From Candidatus Pacebacteria bacterium CG2_30_36_39 (GTDB lineage: Bacteria > Patescibacteriota > Microgenomatia > UBA1400 > PJMF01), in NCBI GenBank assembly GCA_001873435.1, contig MNZB01000004.1:239538-303537 (forward strand): DNA of 64,000 nucleotides, in the 5' to 3' direction. The notes beneath the pieces were generated by a model. The model saw only the letters and a program-made list of their open reading frames with translations, made no database searches and was not told where the DNA came from. Of this stretch, positions 48,319 through 58,749 are shown in pieces (within the stretch, counting starts at the first letter, position 1; the number at the start of each line of letters is the position of its first letter). A program made the position numbers and the translations under genes.

Positions 48319-49516
48319 AAGCACCTTTCTTGTCGCTATCAAAGCCATCATGGTCAATAAAGGCCGATCTTTTTTAACTATGCTTGGCGTCATCATTGGA
48401 GTTTCATCCGTAGTTCTTCTAACCTCAATTGGCACTGGTTTACAAGCCTATGTAACACAACAATTTGAAGAGCTAGGCTCCAACAATGTAATTGTCTTTC
48501 CTGGAGATATCTTTGGCGAAGGAGGTGGATTTAGTCGAGAATCACAATCAAATGCTCTATTAAATAACAAACTAAAACTTAGTGATGTAAATGATATTGA
48601 AAAACTTCGTGAATACGTGGAGTTTGCTCTACCAATGAACACAAGATCTGATAAAGCCTCATATAGGGATGAAACAAAAACTATTACCGTGATAGGCACA
48701 CACTATCAATATGATAAGTTCATCACTGGCATAGAGAAAGGCCGTTTTTTCAATAAAACAGAAGACCAAAGCGCAGAAAGAGTTGTTGTCTTAGGCTGGG
48801 AAATAGCCGATAAACTTTTTGGCAAAATAGATCCAATCGGGAAAAAAATTAAGCTCGGAACTCAAACCTTCAAAGTCGTTGGTGTTGCTGAAAAACAAGG
48901 CGGTGGTTTTGGAGGACCTTCTTTTGACACTTATGTCTATATGCCTTTGGAAACTAATTTTAGAATCTATGATACAAACCAAATTGTTGAAATCATGGTT
49001 AGAGTTAGAAACAAAGATCAAATGCCAGAAGCAATTAAGGCTATTGAACAAACAATGGGTAAAAGACTCAAAGATGATGAATTCAGTGTTTTTGATCAAA
49101 CAGAAATCTTAAATACCATTAATAGTATTTTGGGAGTTTTAACTGCTGGACTTGGTGGTATCGCTGCAATTTCCTTAGTAGTTGGAGGTATTGGCATTAT
49201 GAATATTATGTTGGTCTCAGTCACAGAAAGAACTAGAGAAATTGGACTTAGAAAAGCTCTAGGAGCTACTCCAAAACAAATATTGTTTCAATTTTTAATT
49301 GAATCTGCTCTGCTATCAATTCTTGGAGGCTTAATTGGACTTTTAATAGCTTATCTCGGATCGCTAGCCCTACAAGCAGTTTTCCCTGCAAAAGTTACTA
49401 TGGGAGCAATTATGCTGGCTTTTAGTGTTTCGGCACTAGTTGGTGTAATCTTTGGGGTTGCTCCTGCAAGAAAAGCAGCTAATCTCTCCCCAATCGAGGC
49501 TTTGCGCTACGAATAA
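48308..49516 (+). CDS. FtsX-like ABC permease (MacB-type).
   Basis: 4 TM helices with a large extracytoplasmic loop between TM1 and TM2. C-terminal 'GIMNIMLVSVTERTREIGLRKALGA'. The start is at the internal ATG 48308. The track starts at 48293. Confidence 0.8.
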   Translation: MNLKSTFLVAIKAIMVNKGRSFLTMLGVIIGVSSVVLLTSIGTGLQAYVTQQFEELGSNNVIVFPGDIFGEGGGFSRESQSNALLNNKLKLSDVNDIEKLREYVEFALPMNTRSDKASYRDETKTITVIGTHYQYDKFITGIEKGRFFNKTEDQSAERVVVLGWEIADKLFGKIDPIGKKIKLGTQTFKVVGVAEKQGGGFGGPSFDTYVYMPLETNFRIYDTNQIVEIMVRVRNKDQMPEAIKAIEQTMGKRLKDDEFSVFDQTEILNTINSILGVLTAGLGGIAAISLVVGGIGIMNIMLVSVTERTREIGLRKALGATPKQILFQFLIESALLSILGGLIGLLIAYLGSLALQAVFPAKVTMGAIMLAFSVSALVGVIFGVAPARKAANLSPIEALRYE

Positions 49517-49537
49517 AACTTATCTATACTGATCATA

Positions 49538-49906
49538 GTGAAAAAAAGAATCTTCATTATAATTTTGATTTTATTGTTGGTTGGAATTGGCTATGTTTAT
49601 GCTTCCGATCAGGGATGGTTGCCCAAAAATGCTCCAAAACTACCAATAAAAAACCTCCCAAAAATATCTACTGATTCCGCATCATTAAACACAATCCAAA
49701 AAAATGCTGGTTCAGGATTATCCACTCTCTCTGAAAGAGCTCAAGAACTTGGAGAAAATGCAAAAAATGCTCTACAAACTGGAATTCAAGTTGATAGCGA
49801 GCAGCCAGTTCACGAAAGAGTTATTGAATATGGACAGTATGTTTACTGTAAACAAGTAGTTGAAGAATTTGAAAAAAACATAATTTCTCCAACTCCAACA
49901 CCTTAA
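49538..49906 (+). CDS. Small signal-anchored protein (hypothetical).
   Basis: 122 aa with N-terminal 'IFIIILILLLVGIGYVYA'. Confidence 0.4.
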   Translation: MKKRIFIIILILLLVGIGYVYASDQGWLPKNAPKLPIKNLPKISTDSASLNTIQKNAGSGLSTLSERAQELGENAKNALQTGIQVDSEQPVHERVIEYGQYVYCKQVVEEFEKNIISPTPTP

Positions 49907-50715
49907 TAAATCTTAGTGCCAACCCAATTTTCACCCGCTATTAATTTATATAAATTATTATCTTTTCCAGCAATTACATAAGAAATAACTTGGTGTTTTT
50001 TAGCTAAATCCAAAGATTCTTCAATTTTTAATTCCATTCCCCCAGTAACATCCACTCCTCTGGTTTTAGTTAAAAACTTTTTTAACTCAGGCCAATTCTG
50101 TTGCTCTATATTTTCAATTATTTGTCCATCATCATCCAAAAAACCAGCTACCTCTGTTAGGTGAATAACTTTATCAATAAGATATCCAGTTTCAATAAAT
50201 TTGGAAGCTAAATAATTCAAAATTATATCCGTTGACCAAATAGTGCAGCCTACTTTTGAATCCACCAAAACATCTCCATAAGTAATAGGAAAAAGCCCCT
50301 GATTTAATTGTTCTTCTAAAAGAGCAAAAAAATTACTTTTTTCATTGCGATTATCCGTAATTACAGTATTACTAACAGCAAAAGTTACCGCTGGAATTTC
50401 CTGACTTAAAAACTCCTCGACTACTAAACGATTCAGCTGAGCAGCCTTATCTTGAACAATAGCCATTCCCAATCGACTATTTTCATTAATAAAACCACTC
50501 ATAGTTTCATATTTTTTTGCTGGAACATGGGCAAAGCTTCCTTGGCCATGACCAATTATTAGTTGAATCCCTGGAAAATCATTCCTAATTTTTTTAATCT
50601 GACTAATTAAATCTTTTAAAACCTCTTTCTTAACCGAAGCATCTATCTCTTTGTTGGTTATTAAAGAACCGCCAAGCTTGACTAATATCAATGGAGTTTT
50701 TTTGTTAAATGACAT
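49903..50715 (-). CDS. Isopentenyl phosphate kinase (amino-acid-kinase fold).
   Basis: 'ILVKLGGSLIT' and 'IGHGQGSFAH', which is IPK's GHGxGSFxH motif. 270 aa. Confidence 0.7.
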   Translation of the reverse strand: MSFNKKTPLILVKLGGSLITNKEIDASVKKEVLKDLISQIKKIRNDFPGIQLIIGHGQGSFAHVPAKKYETMSGFINENSRLGMAIVQDKAAQLNRLVVEEFLSQEIPAVTFAVSNTVITDNRNEKSNFFALLEEQLNQGLFPITYGDVLVDSKVGCTIWSTDIILNYLASKFIETGYLIDKVIHLTEVAGFLDDDGQIIENIEQQNWPELKKFLTKTRGVDVTGGMELKIEESLDLAKKHQVISYVIAGKDNNLYKLIAGENWVGTKIY

Positions 50716-50719
50716 ATTT

Positions 50720-51340
50720 TTATTCTTTACGCTTATTTCCTAATTGATAAACTTTTTTTAAAGCTAATCTATTGGCAGGGCGAATTTTACCAATATTTTC
50801 CTGATAAAAATGTTCCAAGCCATCATCTGGAACCAAAACTACCGGAACCTTTTGTTGTAAATCTCCGATTTGATTATCACGCAAAATTACTTGAGTTATC
50901 ACCCATAATAAAAAATGAACTTCCTTATCATTTCTAATCTGTTCTACTCTTCCAACTGGAAAAACATTTAATTGTGAAATATCTAAATTTGCAGATAAAT
51001 CTATTCCGTATTCCTCAACTCCTTCCCTAATCAATTCATCTCTTAATAACCTAGCCTTATTTAATCTATCTAGCGCAAATAAATTAATGGATTTTTCTAC
51101 CGCACCACTTACAAAACCAAGCATTCCTTGTTGTAATAAAGTCCAATCTGTTTCTAATTTACCAATTCTCTCTCGCTTTGGAAATTTTTCCAACAACGGA
51201 TCATTGGTAAAATCTTCATCTGGAAGAGGCAGTAATACCACTCCATTTTCATATCTTAATATGCCAGTAACACCTTGTCTTAATTTAGTTATTTCCACAA
51301 CTCCTTTTATTAGCGAACAACCATATATATGTAGTCGCAA
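50720..51340 (-). CDS. Hypothetical protein co-transcribed upstream of IPK.
   Basis: 206 aa with no family recognised. There is a 4-nt gap to the IPK gene. Confidence 0.45.
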   Translation of the reverse strand: MRLHIYGCSLIKGVVEITKLRQGVTGILRYENGVVLLPLPDEDFTNDPLLEKFPKRERIGKLETDWTLLQQGMLGFVSGAVEKSINLFALDRLNKARLLRDELIREGVEEYGIDLSANLDISQLNVFPVGRVEQIRNDKEVHFLLWVITQVILRDNQIGDLQQKVPVVLVPDDGLEHFYQENIGKIRPANRLALKKVYQLGNKRKE

Positions 51341-51371
51341 AAAAGTGAAAAATCACGCAGAAAAACAAAAA

Positions 51372-52592
51372 TTAATATGATAATTTATCTTTAACCAAAG
51401 ATCTGGCCAGAGGAACAACTGTCAAAATAGTTAGCAAACCCAAGAAAGTGTACATCAATCTCGTTGTCCCAAAAGCAATGATTGGACCAGAAGCAAAAGT
51501 TAAAATTGTAAAAAAGACACCAATAATCATGCTTAGGGTAGAAATTGCTGTAGCTCTATATTTGGAAGAAAAATGTTCATTAGTCATTCTACCCAAAATG
51601 ATCCATCTGGCTGTAGATGCCACCATAGAACCAGCCACAAATGGTGTGGCCCACCATCCTTGTAAAAATAATCCTGGTAATAAAGAGATAATCATAATAA
51701 TGGGGAAAAATAAGATTGAATTTCTCTCAGAAAACACTTTTTTATTCTTCAACAACTTAGTTAATAACAATATATTTACTAATCTCAAAGCACCAATAAT
51801 AAATCCACGAATATCATCAGAAAAACCAAGATCAACCATTAAAGAATTATTAAAATAAAGAGCACATGTCCAAGTAATGCTTCCCACAGCAATATAAAAC
51901 CAAGAAAGTTTTTTTAAGAAAGAATTTTTAAATGCTTCTTTGGCGCCTTGTTTCATCTGAAAAATATAATTTTTTAAGGTAAAAACTTCAGAATCAACAT
52001 CTGGTTCTATTAATTGAAAAGCAATAATACCACCCAAAAGAAAAAAACTTCCTTCAACTATGAATGGAGCATAAATATTCCATTTATATAACAAACCACC
52101 CAAAGCTGTACTAATTACCAAACCTATTTGGTAATTAAAACTTTGTCTTGCCTGAACATGGGCGTATTCACTATCTCGACCATCTTGTTTGAGAGAATCA
52201 TAAATCATGGCATCAGTGGAGCCAGATAGAAATGAATCAGCCAGACCAATTAACCCAGCTAGATACAAATAGTGCCAAAAATTAGAAGCTAATGGAAACA
52301 GCAATGAGCTAGCTGAAAATAATAAAAAGCCAACAATAATTGAAACTTTTTTACCTAGAATATCTGCAAAAGCACCAGTTGGTAATTCGGAAATAATCTG
52401 AACAATATATTGAAAACCAACTAAAAAAGAAATTTGTTCAATTGAAATAACTCGACGATAAAACACAATCCAAATAGGAATGGAAAAAATTAAAGAATGA
52501 CAAAACTGCATTAAGATAAATACAGCGATATTGTTGTCAGAAATAGTATTTTTGCGTAAAAACCCAAACATAAAAACAAAAAAGGCAACCAA
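51372..52592 (-). CDS. MFS transporter.
   Basis: 406 aa with 12 predicted TM helices in a 6+6 arrangement. Confidence 0.7.
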   Translation of the reverse strand: MVAFFVFMFGFLRKNTISDNNIAVFILMQFCHSLIFSIPIWIVFYRRVISIEQISFLVGFQYIVQIISELPTGAFADILGKKVSIIVGFLLFSASSLLFPLASNFWHYLYLAGLIGLADSFLSGSTDAMIYDSLKQDGRDSEYAHVQARQSFNYQIGLVISTALGGLLYKWNIYAPFIVEGSFFLLGGIIAFQLIEPDVDSEVFTLKNYIFQMKQGAKEAFKNSFLKKLSWFYIAVGSITWTCALYFNNSLMVDLGFSDDIRGFIIGALRLVNILLLTKLLKNKKVFSERNSILFFPIIMIISLLPGLFLQGWWATPFVAGSMVASTARWIILGRMTNEHFSSKYRATAISTLSMIIGVFFTILTFASGPIIAFGTTRLMYTFLGLLTILTVVPLARSLVKDKLSY

Positions 52593-52654
52593 AAATGTTT
52601 GATGCCAATCATTTATTATAACTTCTACTCAAGAAAAGTGGAAAGATCGGTAAT

Positions 52655-54991
52655 TTATAACCTAGCTCTTACCTGAATCTCAGCTTCCACCACTTCTCTA
52701 TCCTTACCGTATTTGAGTCTAGAAAGTTGTTTCACCATTTCCGCAAGCTTTGGATTCATACGAGCCTTAACAGCATCCATATCTTTTTCTAAAGACATAC
52801 TGAAGGCTGGAACAGGCTCATTATTAACAATAGTTTTAATATATACATGGAATTTCTCAACATTTGTTAAGTCATTTTCAGTGAATGTTGGAGTAAATTC
52901 ATGTTGCAAGAAATTTGCATCTGTCACGCCAACACGGAAAGAAACTATAGTTCCAACGTTACCAAAAACAGCATTCTTAACTTCTTCATCTATCTGACCA
53001 ATAAACTGATTAGCAACAATCAAATTCAACTTATATTTACGGGCCTCAGAAAGAATGGTAGCAAAATCCTCAGTAGCATAGTTTTGAAACTCATCTACAT
53101 ATAAGAAAAAGTCAGTACGTTGATCCATAGGAATATCCTGGCGACTCATGGCAGCAGTTAAAACCTTAGGCACTAAAATCAAACCCAAAAACTTAGCATC
53201 TTCTTCTCCCAAAATACCTTTGGATAAGTTACATAAGATAATTTTCTTTTCATCCATTGCTTTGCGGAAATTAAAAGCACTATAAGGCTGACCGATAATA
53301 TTACGCATTGTCTTATTCGTAACAAATCTACCAAACTTAGAAACAATGTAATCTAAAACTTCTGATTTATGAAAGTCACTTGTTTGAGCCATTTGATCAG
53401 TCCAGTAGCGTTTGACCACTGGGTCTTTAACAAAGGGCAAAAGTTCTTCAACAAACTTTTGATCAGTTAAAGCACGCACTAATTCGATAAAAGTAGTTCC
53501 TTCACGGGACATAATCGTTAACATAGCATTACGAATTGCATGTTCAAAACGGGGACCAATAATACCAGTACGATGTGGATCATAAAGCTTATACATCAAG
53601 CCAATAACAGAACTAACCACAAAATGGCGCTGCTCTTCGCTATCAGCTTCCATCATGTTTAAGCCCATAGGTCTAGTTAAATCTGAAGGATTAAAATAAA
53701 TAATATCTTCTGCTCTCTCTGGTGGAACTAGCTGTAAAATATCTTCCACAAACTCGCCATGAGGATCAATGGCGCAAACTCCTTGGCCATTTTCAATATC
53801 CTGCATAATCATTTCTTTTAGAAACTCGGATTTACCAGTACCAGTCTTACCAATGATATACATATGGCGCTGACGATCTTTAAGATTCATATAGACATTG
53901 CGAATATCACCGCGGTAGATAGATTTACCCAAAAACAATCCTTTGGTAGGAATTAAATTTGGAGCCGGAGCGTTTTTGGCTGTTAACCATTTAATATGAT
54001 GAGTTTCAACTGTTTTATTTGGGAAATGGAATATTGTTGCCAATTCCTCAGTGTTCAAAATACAGGTACCAAAATTAAATAAGGGCATATATCGATAAAT
54101 AAAATCAATCATGAAAAGATGTTTAATAAAAAACCAAGGTTTTTTAAACTCATTGTAGGCAGAAGAAAACTGAGCAAATGCTCCAGTTAGATTACTCAAA
54201 TGAGAATCAGCATCAACATCCTTTGGCGAAGAAACAACCATTCTAATTGAAACGCGGAAACCTGGTTTCTCAACCTTGGTTGTGATTGCTTCCATTTCTT
54301 TTGGATCATGACCGTAGGTAGCTTTTTGAGGATCAGCCTCTCTCTTTTTCTCGTTTTTAATGTAATTTCTACCTTTTTTCTGCCAACCATTACCTTCTGG
54401 ATAAATTAAGATTTGTAAAATAGCTCCATCACCATCCCCCATCTTAGAGAAACCAGAAGTAATTAAAGAAAGACCATCTGTTGGCAAATCTTTGTAGGTT
54501 TTAATTGGCAAATAGTTGGCTTGTTTAAATTTCAAAGAAGTAAAGGCAACTCGACCTTTTTCATTAAAAATATTTACCTCATCCTGTTCCTTAATATCTG
54601 CAAATGGATAAGCTCCATGAATTTGTTTCTCAACCAAATCTCTAATCCTTTTTGTACAACTAACATAAAAAGAGATTTCTTCCTTTAAGCCAACAATTTC
54701 AAAACTAATTAATTCTTCTGGCTGTAAAAATGAAAATAGACCATATTTTTTTAATGAGTGTAATCCAGCAAACATCTGTTCTGCTGCATCGATTTTAATT
54801 TCATTGTCCTTTGGAAGACGAACCAAGAGGGTGACAAAGTCTAGAGAATAGTCTTCTCGCTTTCTATGCTTAAACCACTGGAAAAATGTATATCCCAAAA
54901 AGGATAGGGCAATTAATAGAATAATTACTAGAAAAAAATTCATGAAAAACAACGAGGCTTGAGTAATAAAGTTGGCTGAACCAAAGGTCAC
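52655..54991 (-). CDS. Type IV coupling-protein-like P-loop ATPase (VirD4/TraG/TraD family-like).
   Basis: N-terminal TM helix. Walker A 'IIGKTGTGKS' is followed by 'AIDPHGE'. The C-terminal 'YVDEFQNYATEDFATILSEARKYKLNLIVANQFIGQI' is a Walker B/T4CP-type block. 778 aa. Confidence 0.65.
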   Translation of the reverse strand: MTFGSANFITQASLFFMNFFLVIILLIALSFLGYTFFQWFKHRKREDYSLDFVTLLVRLPKDNEIKIDAAEQMFAGLHSLKKYGLFSFLQPEELISFEIVGLKEEISFYVSCTKRIRDLVEKQIHGAYPFADIKEQDEVNIFNEKGRVAFTSLKFKQANYLPIKTYKDLPTDGLSLITSGFSKMGDGDGAILQILIYPEGNGWQKKGRNYIKNEKKREADPQKATYGHDPKEMEAITTKVEKPGFRVSIRMVVSSPKDVDADSHLSNLTGAFAQFSSAYNEFKKPWFFIKHLFMIDFIYRYMPLFNFGTCILNTEELATIFHFPNKTVETHHIKWLTAKNAPAPNLIPTKGLFLGKSIYRGDIRNVYMNLKDRQRHMYIIGKTGTGKSEFLKEMIMQDIENGQGVCAIDPHGEFVEDILQLVPPERAEDIIYFNPSDLTRPMGLNMMEADSEEQRHFVVSSVIGLMYKLYDPHRTGIIGPRFEHAIRNAMLTIMSREGTTFIELVRALTDQKFVEELLPFVKDPVVKRYWTDQMAQTSDFHKSEVLDYIVSKFGRFVTNKTMRNIIGQPYSAFNFRKAMDEKKIILCNLSKGILGEEDAKFLGLILVPKVLTAAMSRQDIPMDQRTDFFLYVDEFQNYATEDFATILSEARKYKLNLIVANQFIGQIDEEVKNAVFGNVGTIVSFRVGVTDANFLQHEFTPTFTENDLTNVEKFHVYIKTIVNNEPVPAFSMSLEKDMDAVKARMNPKLAEMVKQLSRLKYGKDREVVEAEIQVRARL

Positions 54992-55806
54992 TTCTTTTCC
55001 TCCTCAAATCGATAAACTACTTTACCAGAAAAAATCTTCATTACTTTGTGGCTCCATTCTACTAGCCAGCGAATGCTAAAACGAGGGTTCTTATGAGCTC
55101 CCTGCTTTTCTATTTCTGGTGTAATTGGCAAAACAACCACTGGTTGAGACGGATATTGATGATCATTTGGTTGAGTTTGTGAACCATCAGCAATCACAAT
55201 TTCCTGGGGGGCTGTTTCTTGGTGTTGTTCAACTTTTTGTAAATAGCTCTCAACTTCTGGGGGAATTTCTGGACTTGGCTCAACCTCAACTTGTTGAGCT
55301 CCCCTTGCTGCATCGATAGCTATTTGCTCAAGAGAAACATTTTTTGTAGCTTCTTTACCACCAATTGATGAAACAGATTTTGGATTCAAAGTATCAGTAG
55401 CGTCCCTAATCACTTGGGGCATTACCTGAGAAATTAAGCCCGTTTGATCTTCAGTTGAGTTTTCTTGAACAATTGGATCTTTAGGCAAAGATTGTTTATC
55501 AACCAAACCAACCAAAGCATCCAGAGCAGAATCTCCACTGTCTTCTAAATTTAGATCATCACGATGAGTTTCTACCGAAGCAATCGCTTGATCCAAAACA
55601 TCCAAATCAACGGCCTGATCTATTGGAGTTGTTGGTATTAAAACTTGATCTTGAACAACATTTGAGTTGACTACTTGAGGGGTTGTGGCACTATTTGCAG
55701 CTGACCCCTGCATTCCCCTTCTCAACAAACTCCCAATCGTAGATTGTTGATTAGCAACAAAACGACCGGCCATTCCCGTTGATGTTTGGGCAGGGTTATC
55801 AGACAC
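54988..55806 (-). CDS. Acidic, Q/S/P-rich disordered protein with a structured C-terminal ~60 aa (hypothetical). It is translationally coupled to the ATPase.
   Basis: Its start overlaps the stop of the upstream ATPase by 4 nt (ATGA). Low-complexity N-terminus; C-terminal '...RFSIRWLVEWSHKVMKIFSGKVVYRF'. Confidence 0.45.
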   Translation of the reverse strand: MSDNPAQTSTGMAGRFVANQQSTIGSLLRRGMQGSAANSATTPQVVNSNVVQDQVLIPTTPIDQAVDLDVLDQAIASVETHRDDLNLEDSGDSALDALVGLVDKQSLPKDPIVQENSTEDQTGLISQVMPQVIRDATDTLNPKSVSSIGGKEATKNVSLEQIAIDAARGAQQVEVEPSPEIPPEVESYLQKVEQHQETAPQEIVIADGSQTQPNDHQYPSQPVVVLPITPEIEKQGAHKNPRFSIRWLVEWSHKVMKIFSGKVVYRFEEEKK

Positions 55807-55847
55807 CCTTCTATAATACTTGTTTTCTCAAGCAGAAGAAAGAGTCT

Positions 55848-56321
55848 TTAAGGTAACAAAATATCTTTGTTTGTTGGAATTTCTAAAACCATATCCACCA
55901 TGCCTGGAGAATAATAAACTTTCATAGTCTCTTGACTGTTTAAATCATTTGGTGGCAACATATTTTTTTCCACTCCAACAATTTGTTCATTTGCAATCCA
56001 ATATAAATCGATTGGAAACAGCATATCTTTCATCCAAAAACTAGTTGTCACTGGTGATGGAAAAACAAACAACATACCATCAACATTAAGATTTTCTCTA
56101 CCACCAAGACCACGACTGATGCTATCTGCTTTGTTCACAACTTCAACCTTAATTGTTTTACCCGCTATTTGATATTTAATAACTGAGTGATCTGGCAAAT
56201 TTATTAAGGAAGTATTATTCCTTTTAATCAATAAAAACAACCAAACTAATAAGCTAGTAATGATTAATAACAAGAAAAAATTTTTAATAGTTATTTTTTT
56301 CTTCATCTTTATGCAATCCAA
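55848..56321 (-). CDS. DUF192-family protein.
   Basis: Signal anchor followed by 'GLGGRENLNVDGMLFVFPSPVTTSFWMKDMLFPIDLYWI'. Confidence 0.6.
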   Translation of the reverse strand: MDCIKMKKKITIKNFFLLLIITSLLVWLFLLIKRNNTSLINLPDHSVIKYQIAGKTIKVEVVNKADSISRGLGGRENLNVDGMLFVFPSPVTTSFWMKDMLFPIDLYWIANEQIVGVEKNMLPPNDLNSQETMKVYYSPGMVDMVLEIPTNKDILLP

Positions 56322-57036
56322 TATATAACAAAACTGGTAAGAAAATTAAAATTGTTAATTGGTTAAAACCCAAACCAAACCAAATAGAACCCCTATCTAT
56401 CCTCATAAAATCTAAACAAAACCTTCCTAACCCATAAAAAAACAAATAAAATGAGAAAAACTTTCCTGAACCAAATTTGGCTTTTTTATTTTTAAGTAAA
56501 ACATTGAGTACTAACAAACAAACTAACACCCAAATTATTTCGTAAAAAAACAAGGGATGAAAATAACCATTTTCTTGATAAAAATAAGGCCTATTTTCAG
56601 GTTTAATATAAATTGCCCAAGGCAAGTTTGTTGGCAAACCATATAACTCTTGATTTACCCAATTTGCAAATCTACCAACAGCTTGAGCCAATGGTAAACT
56701 AAAAGCAAAAGAATCTAAATAAATACCAAGATATTTTTGTTTTTTTGTTAAATAAAGCACTATTGGCAACACTATAATTCCGCCCAAAATTGCGCCAATA
56801 ATACTCATTCCACCAGACCAAATAAATAAAATATCTAATAAATTATTACTATATAAACCCCAATCAGTTAGCACGTGCCAAAGTCTTGCTCCAAACAATG
56901 CTCCTAATCCTATCCAAATAACTGTTTTACCAAAAAAAACATCGTCTATTCCAGCCGAAACAGCTTTCTTTTCAGCAACCAAATAACCAATGATTGCTGC
57001 CAAGCCAACAATTAAACCATACCAATGAAATTGCAT
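56284..57036 (-). CDS. lgt: Prolipoprotein diacylglyceryl transferase.
   Basis: 'MQFHWYGLIVGLAAIIGY', 'GRFANWVNQELYG' (Lgt signature G-x-x-N-x-x-N-Q-E-x-x-G), 7 TM helices. Confidence 0.75.
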   Translation of the reverse strand: MQFHWYGLIVGLAAIIGYLVAEKKAVSAGIDDVFFGKTVIWIGLGALFGARLWHVLTDWGLYSNNLLDILFIWSGGMSIIGAILGGIIVLPIVLYLTKKQKYLGIYLDSFAFSLPLAQAVGRFANWVNQELYGLPTNLPWAIYIKPENRPYFYQENGYFHPLFFYEIIWVLVCLLVLNVLLKNKKAKFGSGKFFSFYLFFYGLGRFCLDFMRIDRGSIWFGLGFNQLTILIFLPVLLYIGLHKDEEKNNY

Positions 57037-57039
57037 ATT

Positions 57040-57576
57040 TTAGAGAATAACAAAAAAATTTAAGAAAATAAAAAATAAAACACTACAAACCAACATCGTT
57101 TTCAAACTCTTTTGAGTTGGCTCAATTTTTACCCCTTGTAAAAACCTGTCAAAAAACAACAAAGGTTCTTTTAATTTTAAATACATTTCAGTAATCAAAT
57201 AAAGCATCATGCCAGAAATTATTCCTATCGCTAAAAAACTACCAGATGAAGTAAAAACAAAAATTGAAGTTGGAATTAAGGTGAGAAAATACAACACAGA
57301 ATGAGTAACATAAAAAGTTTTAGAAGTTTTATCTTCTTTGTCTTGATACCAATGATAAAGATATTTTTCATCGGCTGGAATTAAACTAAGACCTATGGCC
57401 AAACCAAGGAATAAAAGCACAAAACCTGAAATGCCATTGGTATAAAAATAGGCAAATGCTCCATAAATCACCACCATCAATAAATGAATAGTGTGATCCT
57501 TCACCAATTCTTGACCTAAATTAAGAATTTTTTTAGAATCTTTTTTGGCTGGAGAAATTGGTTGAGTTATTTCCAT
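57040..57576 (-). CDS. Polytopic membrane protein (hypothetical).
   Basis: 178 aa with about 5 TM helices. Confidence 0.4.
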   Translation of the reverse strand: MEITQPISPAKKDSKKILNLGQELVKDHTIHLLMVVIYGAFAYFYTNGISGFVLLFLGLAIGLSLIPADEKYLYHWYQDKEDKTSKTFYVTHSVLYFLTLIPTSIFVFTSSGSFLAIGIISGMMLYLITEMYLKLKEPLLFFDRFLQGVKIEPTQKSLKTMLVCSVLFFIFLNFFVIL

Positions 57577-57579
57577 AAA

Positions 57580-58749
57580 TTATTTAATTTCTTCAGGTAA
57601 TTTTAGATCTAAAATCTTAGCAACACTAGCTTCAACCTTAGCGCTAAACTCTGGTTCTTCCTGATATTTCATTGATAAATAATTAACAACTTGTTTAATT
57701 TCTTCCTGGCTTACTTTTTCACCAAAAACAACAACATGGTTACCAGCCTTAATAGCTAGATATGCTATTTCACCTAAGGTTTTTTCTTCACCATCTTCTG
57801 TAATTTGAGCAGAAGCCATTTCTAAAGCATCTGTAAACAATAAAACATCTGGAAAATGAACTGGAAATGGATTTAAACAAACCTCACTCAAACTGCAGGG
57901 AAGATTATCTGTTTTGCCAGCCACTATGACATGAGAACTCATTACTCCAATGTTTGGAAAGTCGGCCAATATTCTTTGAAATGGAGCTGTGTCTTGAGCT
58001 TCAATTGCTAATTCAGTTTTATAAAAATGCATGTCTTTGGTGGCAGAACCAATTCCTGGATAGTGCTTGATTACTGACAAAATACCTTGAGATCCAAAAG
58101 TTTTAATATAATCCTCTGCTGTAATTAAAGAATTTATTTGATTCTCACATGCTCTAGTTTTTAAAAATGAACCATCTCTTGGAACATCGACTATTGGGGC
58201 AAAAACAACATTAACTCCAGCCGACCTTAATTCTCTAGCAGAAGTTTCAAAAACATTTATCCTCAATCCCTCTGATTTTTCACACATGCTTTCCCACGAT
58301 TCTAATTTTGTAAAACCTTTTCCAGTTAAACGCTGAACTGTTCCACCCTCATGGTCTACAGCAATTAGTGGCACATAGCCTCCCAAAGAAACTGGAAGGG
58401 AATTAGTAAAATTTCTTGTTGTTTCTAATGAAATATTTTTACCAAAAATAGTAATAAATCCAGGATTTACTTGACTAATAAACTTAGTTTCAGTGCTAGC
58501 CTCAGAGTCATTATCTAAAGAAATTGGAATACTTATTAGTTGCCAGATTTTTTCTTCAACTGAAAGATTATTTATGGTTTTTTGCAAATTACTAATAGTT
58601 GGTTCTGGAGTAATATTGGATAAAATGGCTTCAGCAGCCTTTTGTGCTTCAAATTTTTTCAAGAACGGACGATAAAAATAATTGTAACCACTCAGAAGAG
58701 TTAAAATAAAAAGAATTAAAATAATTGTTTTAGTAGAATTACTTTTCAT
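57580..58749 (-). CDS. Glycoside hydrolase family 3 N-terminal domain protein (NagZ-like beta-N-acetylhexosaminidase), membrane-anchored.
   Basis: 'PLIAVDHEGGTVQRL' and 'KHYPGIGSATKDMHF'. Confidence 0.8.
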   Translation of the reverse strand: MKSNSTKTIILILFILTLLSGYNYFYRPFLKKFEAQKAAEAILSNITPEPTISNLQKTINNLSVEEKIWQLISIPISLDNDSEASTETKFISQVNPGFITIFGKNISLETTRNFTNSLPVSLGGYVPLIAVDHEGGTVQRLTGKGFTKLESWESMCEKSEGLRINVFETSARELRSAGVNVVFAPIVDVPRDGSFLKTRACENQINSLITAEDYIKTFGSQGILSVIKHYPGIGSATKDMHFYKTELAIEAQDTAPFQRILADFPNIGVMSSHVIVAGKTDNLPCSLSEVCLNPFPVHFPDVLLFTDALEMASAQITEDGEEKTLGEIAYLAIKAGNHVVVFGEKVSQEEIKQVVNYLSMKYQEEPEFSAKVEASVAKILDLKLPEEIK

